IMG/VR virus record: IMGVR_UViG_3300010354_000002
Span: 19,162 to 83,161 of that record
Source of the DNA: a virus
Strand: one strand, 5' to 3'
DNA length: 64,000 bases
Numbering within the stretch: position 1 is the first letter of the stretch; every line of letters starts with the position of its first letter. A program made the position numbers and the translations under genes. Below, piece after piece: positions 46,060-55,271 of the stretch. Under the pieces are notes generated by a model. The model was given only the letters and a program-made list of their open reading frames with translations, had not been told where the DNA came from and ran no database searches.

Positions 46060-46523
46060 CTATTTACCGCGGCTTATCCAACGACTTCTCTTGTCGAGAG
46101 TTAGGCAACGGCATATGGACAGTACAGTCAATCAGTGAGAAAGACGGCGGGATTGTGTTGCAGTCGCCTTACGTCGTGGACATCGTTGCAGGGACGTGTA
46201 CCTGTTTGGGGTTTGCGCATATGCAGACATGCAAACATGTCATAGCCGCCTTGCGCAGGGCGGCTCATCATGGTCGTGTAGAACACGCAGGTGTGGACGG
46301 CTTGTTCGTCGTAGCGGACAATGGGATTCCCCGTAGCATCACCGAGTCTGGCAAAAGGATGTTGATGTGCTTCCTAAGTTACGAGGATGCCCTTCAGGTG
46401 CCACGGGATGAGGCTTCATCCATTGTGCCGCTTGAGGCGCACTCGTTGGACATGGGCTACAACGGTATCAATCTTATGGTAGGCAAGTTTGTTATTACAA
46501 TGTGGGAACGCAACCTTGGTTAA
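45993..46523 (+). CDS. SWIM zinc-finger protein
   Basis: YVVD....CTC.GF.....CKHV.A; start uncertain. Confidence 0.7.
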   Translation: MPHGRDTTVATDAPRNLRAIATTIYRGLSNDFSCRELGNGIWTVQSISEKDGGIVLQSPYVVDIVAGTCTCLGFAHMQTCKHVIAALRRAAHHGRVEHAGVDGLFVVADNGIPRSITESGKRMLMCFLSYEDALQVPRDEASSIVPLEAHSLDMGYNGINLMVGKFVITMWERNLG

Positions 46524-47004
46524 TCACAAGGTGGTGCTACGCCCAACCTATTTCGACACTACAGCGCAGATGACGCTGGTTGCGATAGACAACAACCGGT
46601 TGCAACGACACGGCATATGGAAGTCGCTCAAGGCCGTGTGTCCAGAGATTGAAAATGGGTTTGACGTTGAGGCCGAACTGTCCGAGCCTCACGAGCCTAT
46701 AGGCGTCATCATAGTGCGCCGCCCGATAAACGATAGAGCCAATGCCGTGATCGGGGTTATCGTCCGCCGGGAGCCTCTGATACCGTCAAACTTGTATGAA
46801 CAACTCGCACAAGCCTCGTGGCATATTGCATCGTATATGTTCCGAACGGGCTTTGATAGTGTCTCAATACCATCAGGGAAAATGTTCGGCACGGACACAG
46901 ACTGGGACGATTTTGCAATTCCCCTGTGGATGGCAACTACGTGGCTACCGGGATGCACCATGGAACGCATCCAAAGTCCTGTCGCTCGGAAGGCGTTGAT
47001 GTAA
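46516..47004 (+). CDS. Degenerate macrodomain (DarG/Poa1p-like)
   Basis: FDTTAQ.TLV......HGIW..LK..CPE ... SVSIP......DWDD aligns with the macro pattern; Gly loops lost. Confidence 0.5.
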   Translation: MVNHKVVLRPTYFDTTAQMTLVAIDNNRLQRHGIWKSLKAVCPEIENGFDVEAELSEPHEPIGVIIVRRPINDRANAVIGVIVRREPLIPSNLYEQLAQASWHIASYMFRTGFDSVSIPSGKMFGTDTDWDDFAIPLWMATTWLPGCTMERIQSPVARKALM

Positions 47005-49031
47005 TGCCACTGCATCCTCAGATAGATCGCGTAAACACACTGTGTCAAAAGATGGGAATCTCGCGCACGGACGCAATGATCCTGCTACAGGCTCGCGACC
47101 TCCCCCTGCATGCGCTGACGTCCAGCGAGCGGTCGCACATCCATGACAAGGTTGTTTCGGCTACGCCCTCATGGAAATACGGCACAGAGCCAATGGGTAT
47201 TGAGCAGTTCTCCGTTGCACTTGACGGCGTGCCTTTGTCCGACTATCAAATCAGCACGTTGCATGCGTCTCGCCTACACACGGCACGGTCGCTTATAAGC
47301 CCCAACCGGGTGATCCAAGAGGGATGGTTCAAGTGGGGCAAGGGGGCCGGTAAAGACTGGCTTGCAGCACGCCTGATTGCTTGGTTTGGCTACGTCCTGT
47401 TGCACGTGGACGACGTTCATTCATGGCTGCGACCGGATGTAGCCATTGCCTCCGATGAACGCATTGACGTTCTGAACGTGGCTCCCAAGGGCGAGCACGC
47501 CAAGGCCGTCTTTTTTGAGTACCTTAGCCGCAACATTCGTCGTCCAGTTTTTGCGCCGTTCCTACTAGACGAAAAGAGGCAGATTCTGAAGGGCGAGATC
47601 CACTTCCCGCAGATCAACCTGCACTTGATCTCATTGAACTCCAGCGCATCTGGTGCGGACGGCTACAACCCGTTGATGTGGGTCATGGACGAAGCAGACG
47701 CATTTATGGACGGCGAAAACCGTAGCAACGCACAAGACCTGTACAAGATTCTCCGGTCGTCCTCTGCCACTCGATGGGGCACACGCTGGCTCGGTCTGGT
47801 GCTGTCTTATATGCGATCTGGCGACGGGTTCATGTCTCGCAGTATTGAGACGTTGCGCAAGGACGAACTGAATGTACCGGAGAACAAGCGGTATTGGTTC
47901 ATTGACGAGGCGGCTTCGTGGTCGGTGAACCCCAACATCAGCAGGGACGACCCGGTCATAGATGCGGACTACCGCAACGACCCCGTCACCGCCGCCGCTA
48001 TGTACGAGGGCATAGCACCTCCTGTCGTTGGTGGGTTCTTTGATACCCACGAGTTGATTGACGCCTCGCAAGGTTCGCAACCAGCCTTGGTCATAGGCCG
48101 CATCAGTACGGAAGACGAGTACATGTGGCGTGAGATGGAGGGCCGTTCCATCCCGTACATGCGGTACATCGTCGAAGCGGCAGTGCGAGAACCGGGTCGC
48201 AAATACTACCTCGGCACCGACGCCGGTGAGACTGGCGACGCCTTTGCGGTCAGCGTCTGGTCGTGCCCCGACCTTGAGTCAAACGTGCCGTCCCGGCTTT
48301 GTCCTACATGCATCCAAAGGTTTGAGTACGATGTCTCCGAGCATCGCGCGGCGAAGCCAGAAGAGGCGACCTCCCTGCAATGCGCCATGTGCAGTATGCG
48401 CCCGTTTGACATCCTTCCGTCCTACTACGGCGCAAACACGGCCACGCACGGCTGGATGGTCTTGGAACGGCAGGACGAGGAAGGGTTTGCCGAGACGTTC
48501 ATCAACGGAAAGCGCGTAAGCCTCCCCAAACTGCGTGAGGATTTCGTTCTGCGTGTTGCTCCGCGCAAGAGATGCCTTGAATATCCGCTCGGCGTGCTTG
48601 TTGACTTCCCTGCGATGGAACAGGCATTGGTGGACATCATCACGGGTCTGGGCGTAGCCTTCGTCAGGCTTGACCCTTGGCAGACTGTCCAGATGGGTCA
48701 GAGCCTAGCGGACAGGACTCGGGCCGATGTGGGCAAGGCTTCGTTCACCATGCCCGAGCAGTACCTGCGTGCGTTCCTGTGCAAGGTTTTGTTGAACAAT
48801 GGATGCTTGAAGTTCCTGCCACACGAGGACAGAGACCGAGAGTGGAAACAACTTATTCGCAAACGTCAGAGGATTGACCACCCTCAATATGGGTCGAAAG
48901 ACATATATGATGCTGAGTCAGTGGCAATTTGGCTTGCCATATGCGACCGGTTAGGAACGTTTGATTTGACATTCTTGACCGAGGAACGAACCGGCCAACA
49001 AGTCGCAATGGGACAGTATACTGATGCTTGA
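47004..49031 (+). CDS. terL: Terminase large subunit with Zn-ribbon insertion
   Basis: Walker A WGKGAGKD, Walker B WVMDEA, nuclease YYLGTDAG and IDHP..GSKDIYDA. Confidence 0.92.
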   Translation: MPLHPQIDRVNTLCQKMGISRTDAMILLQARDLPLHALTSSERSHIHDKVVSATPSWKYGTEPMGIEQFSVALDGVPLSDYQISTLHASRLHTARSLISPNRVIQEGWFKWGKGAGKDWLAARLIAWFGYVLLHVDDVHSWLRPDVAIASDERIDVLNVAPKGEHAKAVFFEYLSRNIRRPVFAPFLLDEKRQILKGEIHFPQINLHLISLNSSASGADGYNPLMWVMDEADAFMDGENRSNAQDLYKILRSSSATRWGTRWLGLVLSYMRSGDGFMSRSIETLRKDELNVPENKRYWFIDEAASWSVNPNISRDDPVIDADYRNDPVTAAAMYEGIAPPVVGGFFDTHELIDASQGSQPALVIGRISTEDEYMWREMEGRSIPYMRYIVEAAVREPGRKYYLGTDAGETGDAFAVSVWSCPDLESNVPSRLCPTCIQRFEYDVSEHRAAKPEEATSLQCAMCSMRPFDILPSYYGANTATHGWMVLERQDEEGFAETFINGKRVSLPKLREDFVLRVAPRKRCLEYPLGVLVDFPAMEQALVDIITGLGVAFVRLDPWQTVQMGQSLADRTRADVGKASFTMPEQYLRAFLCKVLLNNGCLKFLPHEDRDREWKQLIRKRQRIDHPQYGSKDIYDAESVAIWLAICDRLGTFDLTFLTEERTGQQVAMGQYTDA

Positions 49032-49073
49032 GTTACGATAAAATCACTGCGACCGCAAGTCGGGGAGACTAAC

Positions 49074-49451
49074 ATGAAGCCTATCGCCAGTCAAGGTCAA
49101 TTTTCAAGTCGTTTCATTCTGATTGAAACGACCATGGCCACTACTACTCAGAGCAACTACATTGACGCGCAGGGGCTATGTTTGGTTGGTCTGGAACTAC
49201 CAGCCGCAGGTGCAGCCGGTACGGCCAATATTCTTGAGAAACCTCGTTTTGTGGGCGATGCTGGCATTGAGTTGCGCAAAGAAGATGGCAGCCTGTTGGC
49301 GATCACGACTGCTAATGCTGCCCGGATTTATCGCTTCAGCCCCTTGCTGTTTCCGTCAGTGGGTGAGATTGCGCTCAAACTGAATACCAGCACAATTGCT
49401 GCTGGGACTACCATCGGCTTCTTGTTCATCAAGCCTCAGGGCGAACGCTAA
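49074..49451 (+). CDS. Small virion (head decoration-like) beta protein
   Basis: GGAG RBS; S..ID..G..LVG.E.PAA pattern. Confidence 0.55.
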   Translation: MKPIASQGQFSSRFILIETTMATTTQSNYIDAQGLCLVGLELPAAGAAGTANILEKPRFVGDAGIELRKEDGSLLAITTANAARIYRFSPLLFPSVGEIALKLNTSTIAAGTTIGFLFIKPQGER

Positions 49452-50266
49452 TGGCTGGCATCGCACGGTTTGTTGGGCGATTCTTCGCCCCGGCAGACTT
49501 TGCGGCCTATGCCAAAGAGGCATCGAAGCACGGTTCATGGAATCCTGTGGGGATTACGATTCATCACACAGGTGCCCCGTCTCTGGCTCAAAGACCATAC
49601 GGGTTCACTGCTCAACATATGCAGAACATAAAATGGGGGTACGAGAACGACCGTGGTTGGTCGTCCGGCCCTCATTTTTTTGTTGACCAAAACGGCATAT
49701 GGGTTTTTGTTGATCCCGCATACCCGGGAATCCATGCTGTATCTTTCAACGACACGCATCATGGGCTAGAGATGCTGGGGAACTATGACTCCGAAAGTGT
49801 CAACACCGACGTCCTAGCCAATACTGCTATTTGTATTCGTGCGTGCATGAACGCATGGGGCTACGACAAATACAACTTCCACCGGGATTGCAAGCACACG
49901 AAGAAAACCTGCCCGGGTATCAAGATCACCCGTGCAATTATTGACAATGCGCTGACAGGCGTACCTTCCCCGGTCAAGGCGAAAGTGGTCGCCGAAGATG
50001 GGCAACAGGCATTTACAGAGACGATGATCGTTCAGGGGCGTTTGTATGTACCCGCTCGGTCATTCGCCGCATGGCTCGGCATCCCGAAATCCTATCTTTA
50101 CTACAGCGAAGATGGGCTTCACATTGACGGTGACCCCGTTGATGGCGACATCCTTGTAGGGCAGGTTTGCTGGGTTCCCGTCGTCGAAATGGCGCATCAC
50201 GCCAAGGCCAAAGTGACTTGGGATGAAGCGACAAAAACAGCATTCATTGCGAGGCCCTTGGGATGA
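49451..50266 (+). CDS. Endolysin: N-acetylmuramoyl-L-alanine amidase plus copper-amine-oxidase-N-like binding domain
   Basis: IHHT, GPHFFVD, HAVSFN, GLEMLGNYD, FHRD...KTCPG; GRLYVPAR...V.WD..TKT. Confidence 0.88.
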   Translation: MAGIARFVGRFFAPADFAAYAKEASKHGSWNPVGITIHHTGAPSLAQRPYGFTAQHMQNIKWGYENDRGWSSGPHFFVDQNGIWVFVDPAYPGIHAVSFNDTHHGLEMLGNYDSESVNTDVLANTAICIRACMNAWGYDKYNFHRDCKHTKKTCPGIKITRAIIDNALTGVPSPVKAKVVAEDGQQAFTETMIVQGRLYVPARSFAAWLGIPKSYLYYSEDGLHIDGDPVDGDILVGQVCWVPVVEMAHHAKAKVTWDEATKTAFIARPLG

Positions 50267-50559
50267 ATTTGACATTTTCGGTTGGCGACATTCTTAGCGT
50301 GATCACGATCTTGTTTGTGGTTGTGGGTAGTCACCTGCGTCTTGAAAACCGGCTGACCAAAATCGAGACACGGGACGAGGAACGTAGCAAGGCCAACGAA
50401 AAGAACGAATCCGAGCAGTCGCAGTGGCGCAGTCAGATTGACGCTAAACTGACCCAATTCAACGAGCGTCTTATGACCATGGATAATCGCATGCACTCGC
50501 AAGAACAGGGCATGATTCGTATTGAGCAACGCCTCAAGGATGTAGAGGGTGCGCGCTAA
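50263..50559 (+). CDS. Single-TM coiled-coil protein (holin-associated)
   Basis: N-terminal TM; follows endolysin. Confidence 0.6.
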   Translation: MNLTFSVGDILSVITILFVVVGSHLRLENRLTKIETRDEERSKANEKNESEQSQWRSQIDAKLTQFNERLMTMDNRMHSQEQGMIRIEQRLKDVEGAR

Positions 50560-50783
50560 TGGCTGTTTGCTATCAGAACTATCGTGTTGAGCGCATTAAC
50601 GGTCGCCTTCGTATGTACGGGGAAGTTGTCGTGGACGATGTGGTAGTGGGAAGCCTTGGTGAAGATGGCATTGACTTCAACGACTGGTTTCTCGGGCAGC
50701 CAGAGGCTATTCAGCAGGACATTGCTTTGACTGCGGGATTGCAGTTTGTCTTGCCGATGCTTGTGCCTCCAAGTCAGGAGTGA
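50559..50783 (+). CDS. Small protein preceding adhesin A
   Basis: Coupled; positional equivalent of 53866. Confidence 0.65.
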   Translation: MAVCYQNYRVERINGRLRMYGEVVVDDVVVGSLGEDGIDFNDWFLGQPEAIQQDIALTAGLQFVLPMLVPPSQE

Positions 50784-50784
50784 G

Positions 50785-51978
50785 ATGGCAACCTACTACA
50801 TCAACTGGAATACTGGGAGCGACTCAAACAATGGACTGTCCATAGCAACTGCATGGAAGACTATTGGGAAAGCCGTTTCTGCAAACAACGTATTTCCTAA
50901 TCAGGAAAACACGTATTACATTGCCGCTGGTCACTACCCGAATTTTACGACGAACTTTACCCTGACAGGCATCACCACTCCCTCACGTCAGTATTTTGTG
51001 GGCGATACAAACGGTGCAATCTTTGGAAACAAGGGACAAGTCGTGGTGTCGCCGTGGAATGATGGCACTGTTGTAACGGACCTTAATGCCAACCCTACAA
51101 CCGTCAACAGTGCGGCTTCGCTTCGGCCACAGCATGGAAATCTCACGTTCCAAAACATTACGTTCTGGGGTAGTTCTGGAGCCAACAGGACGGCTGTCGC
51201 AACCTTCAATGGTTGGGCGAGTGGACTTCAATTCCTAAAGTGCGCCTTCATTGGCGGTCCATCACAGGCTGTAAACATTGCTCACTCAGCAAACGACACA
51301 CAGGCAGGCGCATTCACGACCCCTAGAAACTGCCTTTTTGAGAATTGCGTTTTCATGTCGGCTGGTGCTGGTCTGGCAATCCAGACATTTTTCAATAACG
51401 TTGCCAACTTTGACTTGGGGTTGACGTTGCGCAACTGCCTGTTTGTAGTTGGCAATCAGGGTGTCCGCAAGGATGCGCCAACCCAGCCGTTCACTGGGGC
51501 AGGGTACACACTGACCGCTGGAGGTGGCACAATGGTCAACTCCACATGCGTTGCCAACAGGGAGGGCATTTGGGTCGCCGCAGGCAACTCCACCGCTTTC
51601 CCATTCAGGCTGATCAACAACTGCATTACATTGTCGCAAAACGTAGGTGTTAATGCGGGAGCATCTGGGGTCATCACCGGCCAGCGTAACAGGATTGTTC
51701 AGAACCTTACAAACTCATCCAACTACACTGGCACCAATGACATTACTGGAGGCATCGTAGGTCTGGATGCCCTGACTGGGCTTTTGCACAACACTGGTTC
51801 ACTAGAATTCTTCATGCCGAGCGTGTCTGGTGTGTTGCAGGGGCAGGGGATTACTTCTGCGGAAACGCCTTCCGTTGATATACTTGGTTACACAAGGCCA
51901 AGCCCGATCAGCATCGGTGCTCTGGAGGCCAACTCGTTGGGGTCTGGGCCTCTTGTCGGCGGGAAACTGATTCAATGA
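50785..51978 (+). CDS. Adhesin A, pectin-lyase-like beta-helix
   Basis: MATYYI...GSDSNNGLS..TAWKTI, F.NC.F repeats, DI.G..RP...SIGA.E. Confidence 0.75.
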   Translation: MATYYINWNTGSDSNNGLSIATAWKTIGKAVSANNVFPNQENTYYIAAGHYPNFTTNFTLTGITTPSRQYFVGDTNGAIFGNKGQVVVSPWNDGTVVTDLNANPTTVNSAASLRPQHGNLTFQNITFWGSSGANRTAVATFNGWASGLQFLKCAFIGGPSQAVNIAHSANDTQAGAFTTPRNCLFENCVFMSAGAGLAIQTFFNNVANFDLGLTLRNCLFVVGNQGVRKDAPTQPFTGAGYTLTAGGGTMVNSTCVANREGIWVAAGNSTAFPFRLINNCITLSQNVGVNAGASGVITGQRNRIVQNLTNSSNYTGTNDITGGIVGLDALTGLLHNTGSLEFFMPSVSGVLQGQGITSAETPSVDILGYTRPSPISIGALEANSLGSGPLVGGKLIQ

Positions 51979-52667
51979 TTACCTACATCGGCGACTACAG
52001 GACTGGCTCTACCATCTACTTCCCGTGGGGAACCAATGCAGTTGATGGATCGGCGTTGTCGCGCACGACCGACGGCACGATCCGCATCTACAAGAACAAC
52101 TCCACTACGCACCGAAGCAGCCAGAGTGGTATCACCGACACCAAGGCGTTTGCCGGTGTGGTTGGCTACAACGTGCTGACAATCAACCTTGCAGACAATA
52201 GCGACGCAGGGTTTTACGCTGCGGGAAACGACTACAGCGTGCTTCTGTTTGGAGCAGTCATTGACGGCAGAACTATCAATTCATCGCTGTGCAGTTTCAG
52301 TATTGACAACCGAATCTTCAAGCCGCTCGTTTATCCAATTACGACTCCGCTTGGCACGGAGACTCGATACACGTTGATTTTTGGTCAGAACTCTACACTG
52401 CCCGTGCGCGAGGAGATAATTCAGGATGCGTCGCGAAACCCTGTAGACCTTTCCGGTGCATACAGTGTTTTGTATACACTGACACCAACTGGTGGTGGTA
52501 CAACGATCACCGGGTCTGGCACGGTAGTGGACGGTGAGGCAGGGCGAGTGCGATACGAATGGCAAGCAGGAGACCTGTCCGTGACCGGCGACTATCGTGA
52601 ACGCTGGGAAATCAACACTGGTGCCGGTGTGCTTATAGTCACCGGACCTATTATCAAGGTCGTTTGA
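51975..52667 (+). CDS. Adaptor A: N-terminal Ig domain plus BppU-like C-terminal domain
   Basis: YIGDY..G.TI.F; PVDLSG...G.VRYEW..GD....G.Y. Confidence 0.7.
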   Translation: MITYIGDYRTGSTIYFPWGTNAVDGSALSRTTDGTIRIYKNNSTTHRSSQSGITDTKAFAGVVGYNVLTINLADNSDAGFYAAGNDYSVLLFGAVIDGRTINSSLCSFSIDNRIFKPLVYPITTPLGTETRYTLIFGQNSTLPVREEIIQDASRNPVDLSGAYSVLYTLTPTGGGTTITGSGTVVDGEAGRVRYEWQAGDLSVTGDYRERWEINTGAGVLIVTGPIIKVV

Positions 52668-52688
52668 CGACCAAGGAGGTAATCAATC

Positions 52689-53570
52689 ATGGCAAATGTG
52701 ACTAAGATTCTGGATAGCCAGAATATTGCCACTATTACTCCCACCTGTGTAGTGGGTGGGACGTTGGTTGTTGGTCTGCTGGCCAAGAAGAAGACCAAAG
52801 TTGTTCCCGTTCCCGCGCTGATCGTGGACGGTGAATGCGTTGAGATCCCGACTGGCATCAACGGCAACGTGAGTCCAGTTGCGGCTATCAACGGCAAGAT
52901 CGTCTGTACGGTTGTCCTGCCTCGCAAGCCGCAGGGCGGTATCGTGCTGGCCACGGATGGCTCGTCGGTTCCTCTGGAGATGCCTGAGGGAAAGGGCGTC
53001 AACATCTTCCCCTTCTGGGCCAATTCCGAGGTGATCCTTGGTCGTGTTCTGGGGCCTGACGGTATTCAGAAGACCGGTGTTTGGGCCGAAGACGGTAGCC
53101 TTGTTGAAGTGCTGGAAGGTACTTTCATCGGCAAGGTTGGCGGCCAGTTTATCAATTACGAGTTTGCGCCCTCTGCTTTGCCGGAAGGTTACAGTCTGCC
53201 GGTTGCCCGAGTAGTAAATGGCAATGCCGTCGGTGGCGCAATGTTCCTGAACGACAAGCGTTCAACGGTAAACACCAACTCGTGGGTGGCATTCCCCGAG
53301 ACCGGTGCCACCTCGTTCCTGAATACAGACGGTCAGCCCTTTAGCCGTTTTGCGGTGCAGCGGGTTTCCTCCACCGGCGATCTGACGTTTGGCTTGGGAT
53401 TCAATCCGAATGGCCCGGATCAGTGGGGACTTGTGTACGAAACTGCCTCGTCTACCTTCAAGACTCTTGAAGACGCATATGGTGTCGCTCTTGACACCGG
53501 CTCTTTGGTGCTTGATGGCAATGTCATCTACGGTCGTGCCGCAGACGGCTTGTACAAGGTGGAAGTGTGA
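52689..53570 (+). CDS. Beta-propeller-like repeat protein
   Basis: AAGGAGG RBS; recurring ING.IV/VGG beta-blade pattern. Confidence 0.6.
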   Translation: MANVTKILDSQNIATITPTCVVGGTLVVGLLAKKKTKVVPVPALIVDGECVEIPTGINGNVSPVAAINGKIVCTVVLPRKPQGGIVLATDGSSVPLEMPEGKGVNIFPFWANSEVILGRVLGPDGIQKTGVWAEDGSLVEVLEGTFIGKVGGQFINYEFAPSALPEGYSLPVARVVNGNAVGGAMFLNDKRSTVNTNSWVAFPETGATSFLNTDGQPFSRFAVQRVSSTGDLTFGLGFNPNGPDQWGLVYETASSTFKTLEDAYGVALDTGSLVLDGNVIYGRAADGLYKVEV

Positions 53571-53869
53571 AGGCTGCAAAGCCAATTGTCTCCCTAAAGC
53601 GATTGACCGCCGTGGTTTTCACGGCGGTCGTCGTCGCTGGGTTGCCGGGGTTTTATTCGGCGTTTGATGCTCCGTTGCCCCACGATGCAACGTGGGAAGA
53701 ACTAAGGCGGCGTTTTAATATTGGAATTCTTCGATCCATGAATTCGGTAATCCCTGCGGTATTGGCGTCACTTGTTGGATTTTTCACCCGGGCGGACGGT
53801 AGTAAGCCATTGCTAGTATTTGTTGAACAATCAAATACGGCATCAAAGGCGACAGGAGATCAGGTATGA
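53567..53869 (+). CDS. Putative two-TM holin
   Basis: Two hydrophobic helices, 100 aa, near endolysin. Confidence 0.5.
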   Translation: MKAAKPIVSLKRLTAVVFTAVVVAGLPGFYSAFDAPLPHDATWEELRRRFNIGILRSMNSVIPAVLASLVGFFTRADGSKPLLVFVEQSNTASKATGDQV

Positions 53870-54120
53870 CATCCATTCTAAAGATTTCCAATGTGTCAAT
53901 CAATGGGGATAGTGTAACTATTGAATTTGACGATGGTGCCTCCCAAACCAAGAAACTTTCCGATTGGTCCATAGATGCATCCAATGATCTGGGCACGTAT
54001 TGGCCTCCTTTCGCAAGGGCTTTGTTGGTGTTGAACTGGATTTCAACGCAAAATATCCAGCCGACTTTGACGTTGAACACGAATCAAGTTGAAGGCATTA
54101 TTGTGAAGCAAGATGGCTAA
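53866..54120 (+). CDS. Small protein preceding adhesin B
   Basis: AGGAG RBS; coupled. Confidence 0.65.
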   Translation: MTSILKISNVSINGDSVTIEFDDGASQTKKLSDWSIDASNDLGTYWPPFARALLVLNWISTQNIQPTLTLNTNQVEGIIVKQDG

Positions 54121-55270
54121 ATTTGAATTTTATTGGCCATCTAGAATGCCTATAGCAGTAGGTACTACCTCCAACCCTCAACCGCTCTTGTCGGCTATTG
54201 GAGATATGGTTACTGTCATATCCCAAGCGCAAGAGGATACGACAATAACGTCAGTCGGTTGCCTGTACGACACCGCTTTGACAGGAGGAGGGGAGCCTAC
54301 TGGGGATGTAAGATTCGGCATTCAGACGGTAGATACGGCTGGCACTGGAGGAACGAATAATTCATACCTCAGACCATCTGGCACATGGCTTGGATATACG
54401 GATTACAATCTGACAGGCGCAAATAGGCTTACCGTGTTTCCAAACTTCACTTTCCAAATGAAGTCAATTACTGCCAATGGAACGGCAACCGTTTCACGAG
54501 GTCAATTGTTTGCCGCTTGCATTCAAGTTATGAATGGCACATGGGCTTCAAACAGAGCATTGAGGTTTGGTTTTTACAATACAAATCTTGCTTATCATGC
54601 TCCATCATTGCCTTTGTCCTATCGTGTTTCTGGCGGGACAGTAGCATTAGGATCAAATACCAATATGGCGTGGAAGAGTTCAACTAGAACATATGGGATA
54701 CCTAATACTCAAACCGTTCAAACGTCTGTATTTGGGACTGGTTCAACCCCTAATGAAAATGGAGTCTTATTCGTTTTGCCAAGCAATTGGACAGGAACGT
54801 ATCAATGCTTAGGCGTGTATATGCACAGTCTGGTTTCTGATCCTACATCTAGCGGCGGTGGCGATTTTGATTTGATTTTATATGACAGCAGCAACAACAT
54901 ATTGCAGCAGAAATCATTTGCGGGAAAAGAGATATGGGCAGGTAGTACCGCTTCTCAGAATCGCCATTTTCTGTTTTCCGGCAACACATTGTCTGAATTG
55001 ACTCCGGGATCAACGTATAGGATTGCTATAAAAGCAACCCATGCAACAGGTATTCTGCGTTGGTCTGGAAACAGCCTGCCGTTAAACACAGATATAACTG
55101 CATATATTCCAGAAGGTGAGTTCAAGCGAACGTCCCGTACTGACACCGGTAGTTGGACAAATGTAGACAATGCTGTCTGGGGCTGGCATCTCTTGCTATC
55201 GGAAGCCACGGCGACGTCTGGTGGTGGTCTAATGGTGCATCCCGGCATGTCTGGTGGAATGAGGGGCTGA
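54113..55270 (+). CDS. Adhesin B (tandem beta-sandwich) ending GGGLMVHPGMSGGMRG
   Basis: Two related beta domains; visibly AT-richer DNA. Confidence 0.7.
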   Translation: MAKFEFYWPSRMPIAVGTTSNPQPLLSAIGDMVTVISQAQEDTTITSVGCLYDTALTGGGEPTGDVRFGIQTVDTAGTGGTNNSYLRPSGTWLGYTDYNLTGANRLTVFPNFTFQMKSITANGTATVSRGQLFAACIQVMNGTWASNRALRFGFYNTNLAYHAPSLPLSYRVSGGTVALGSNTNMAWKSSTRTYGIPNTQTVQTSVFGTGSTPNENGVLFVLPSNWTGTYQCLGVYMHSLVSDPTSSGGGDFDLILYDSSNNILQQKSFAGKEIWAGSTASQNRHFLFSGNTLSELTPGSTYRIAIKATHATGILRWSGNSLPLNTDITAYIPEGEFKRTSRTDTGSWTNVDNAVWGWHLLLSEATATSGGGLMVHPGMSGGMRG

Positions 55271-55271
55271 G

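Noticed and set aside
48264-48530. Intein in terminase
   Set aside because: Starts at a Cys but has no HN/N-(C/S/T) end or splicing blocks; better read as a Zn ribbon.
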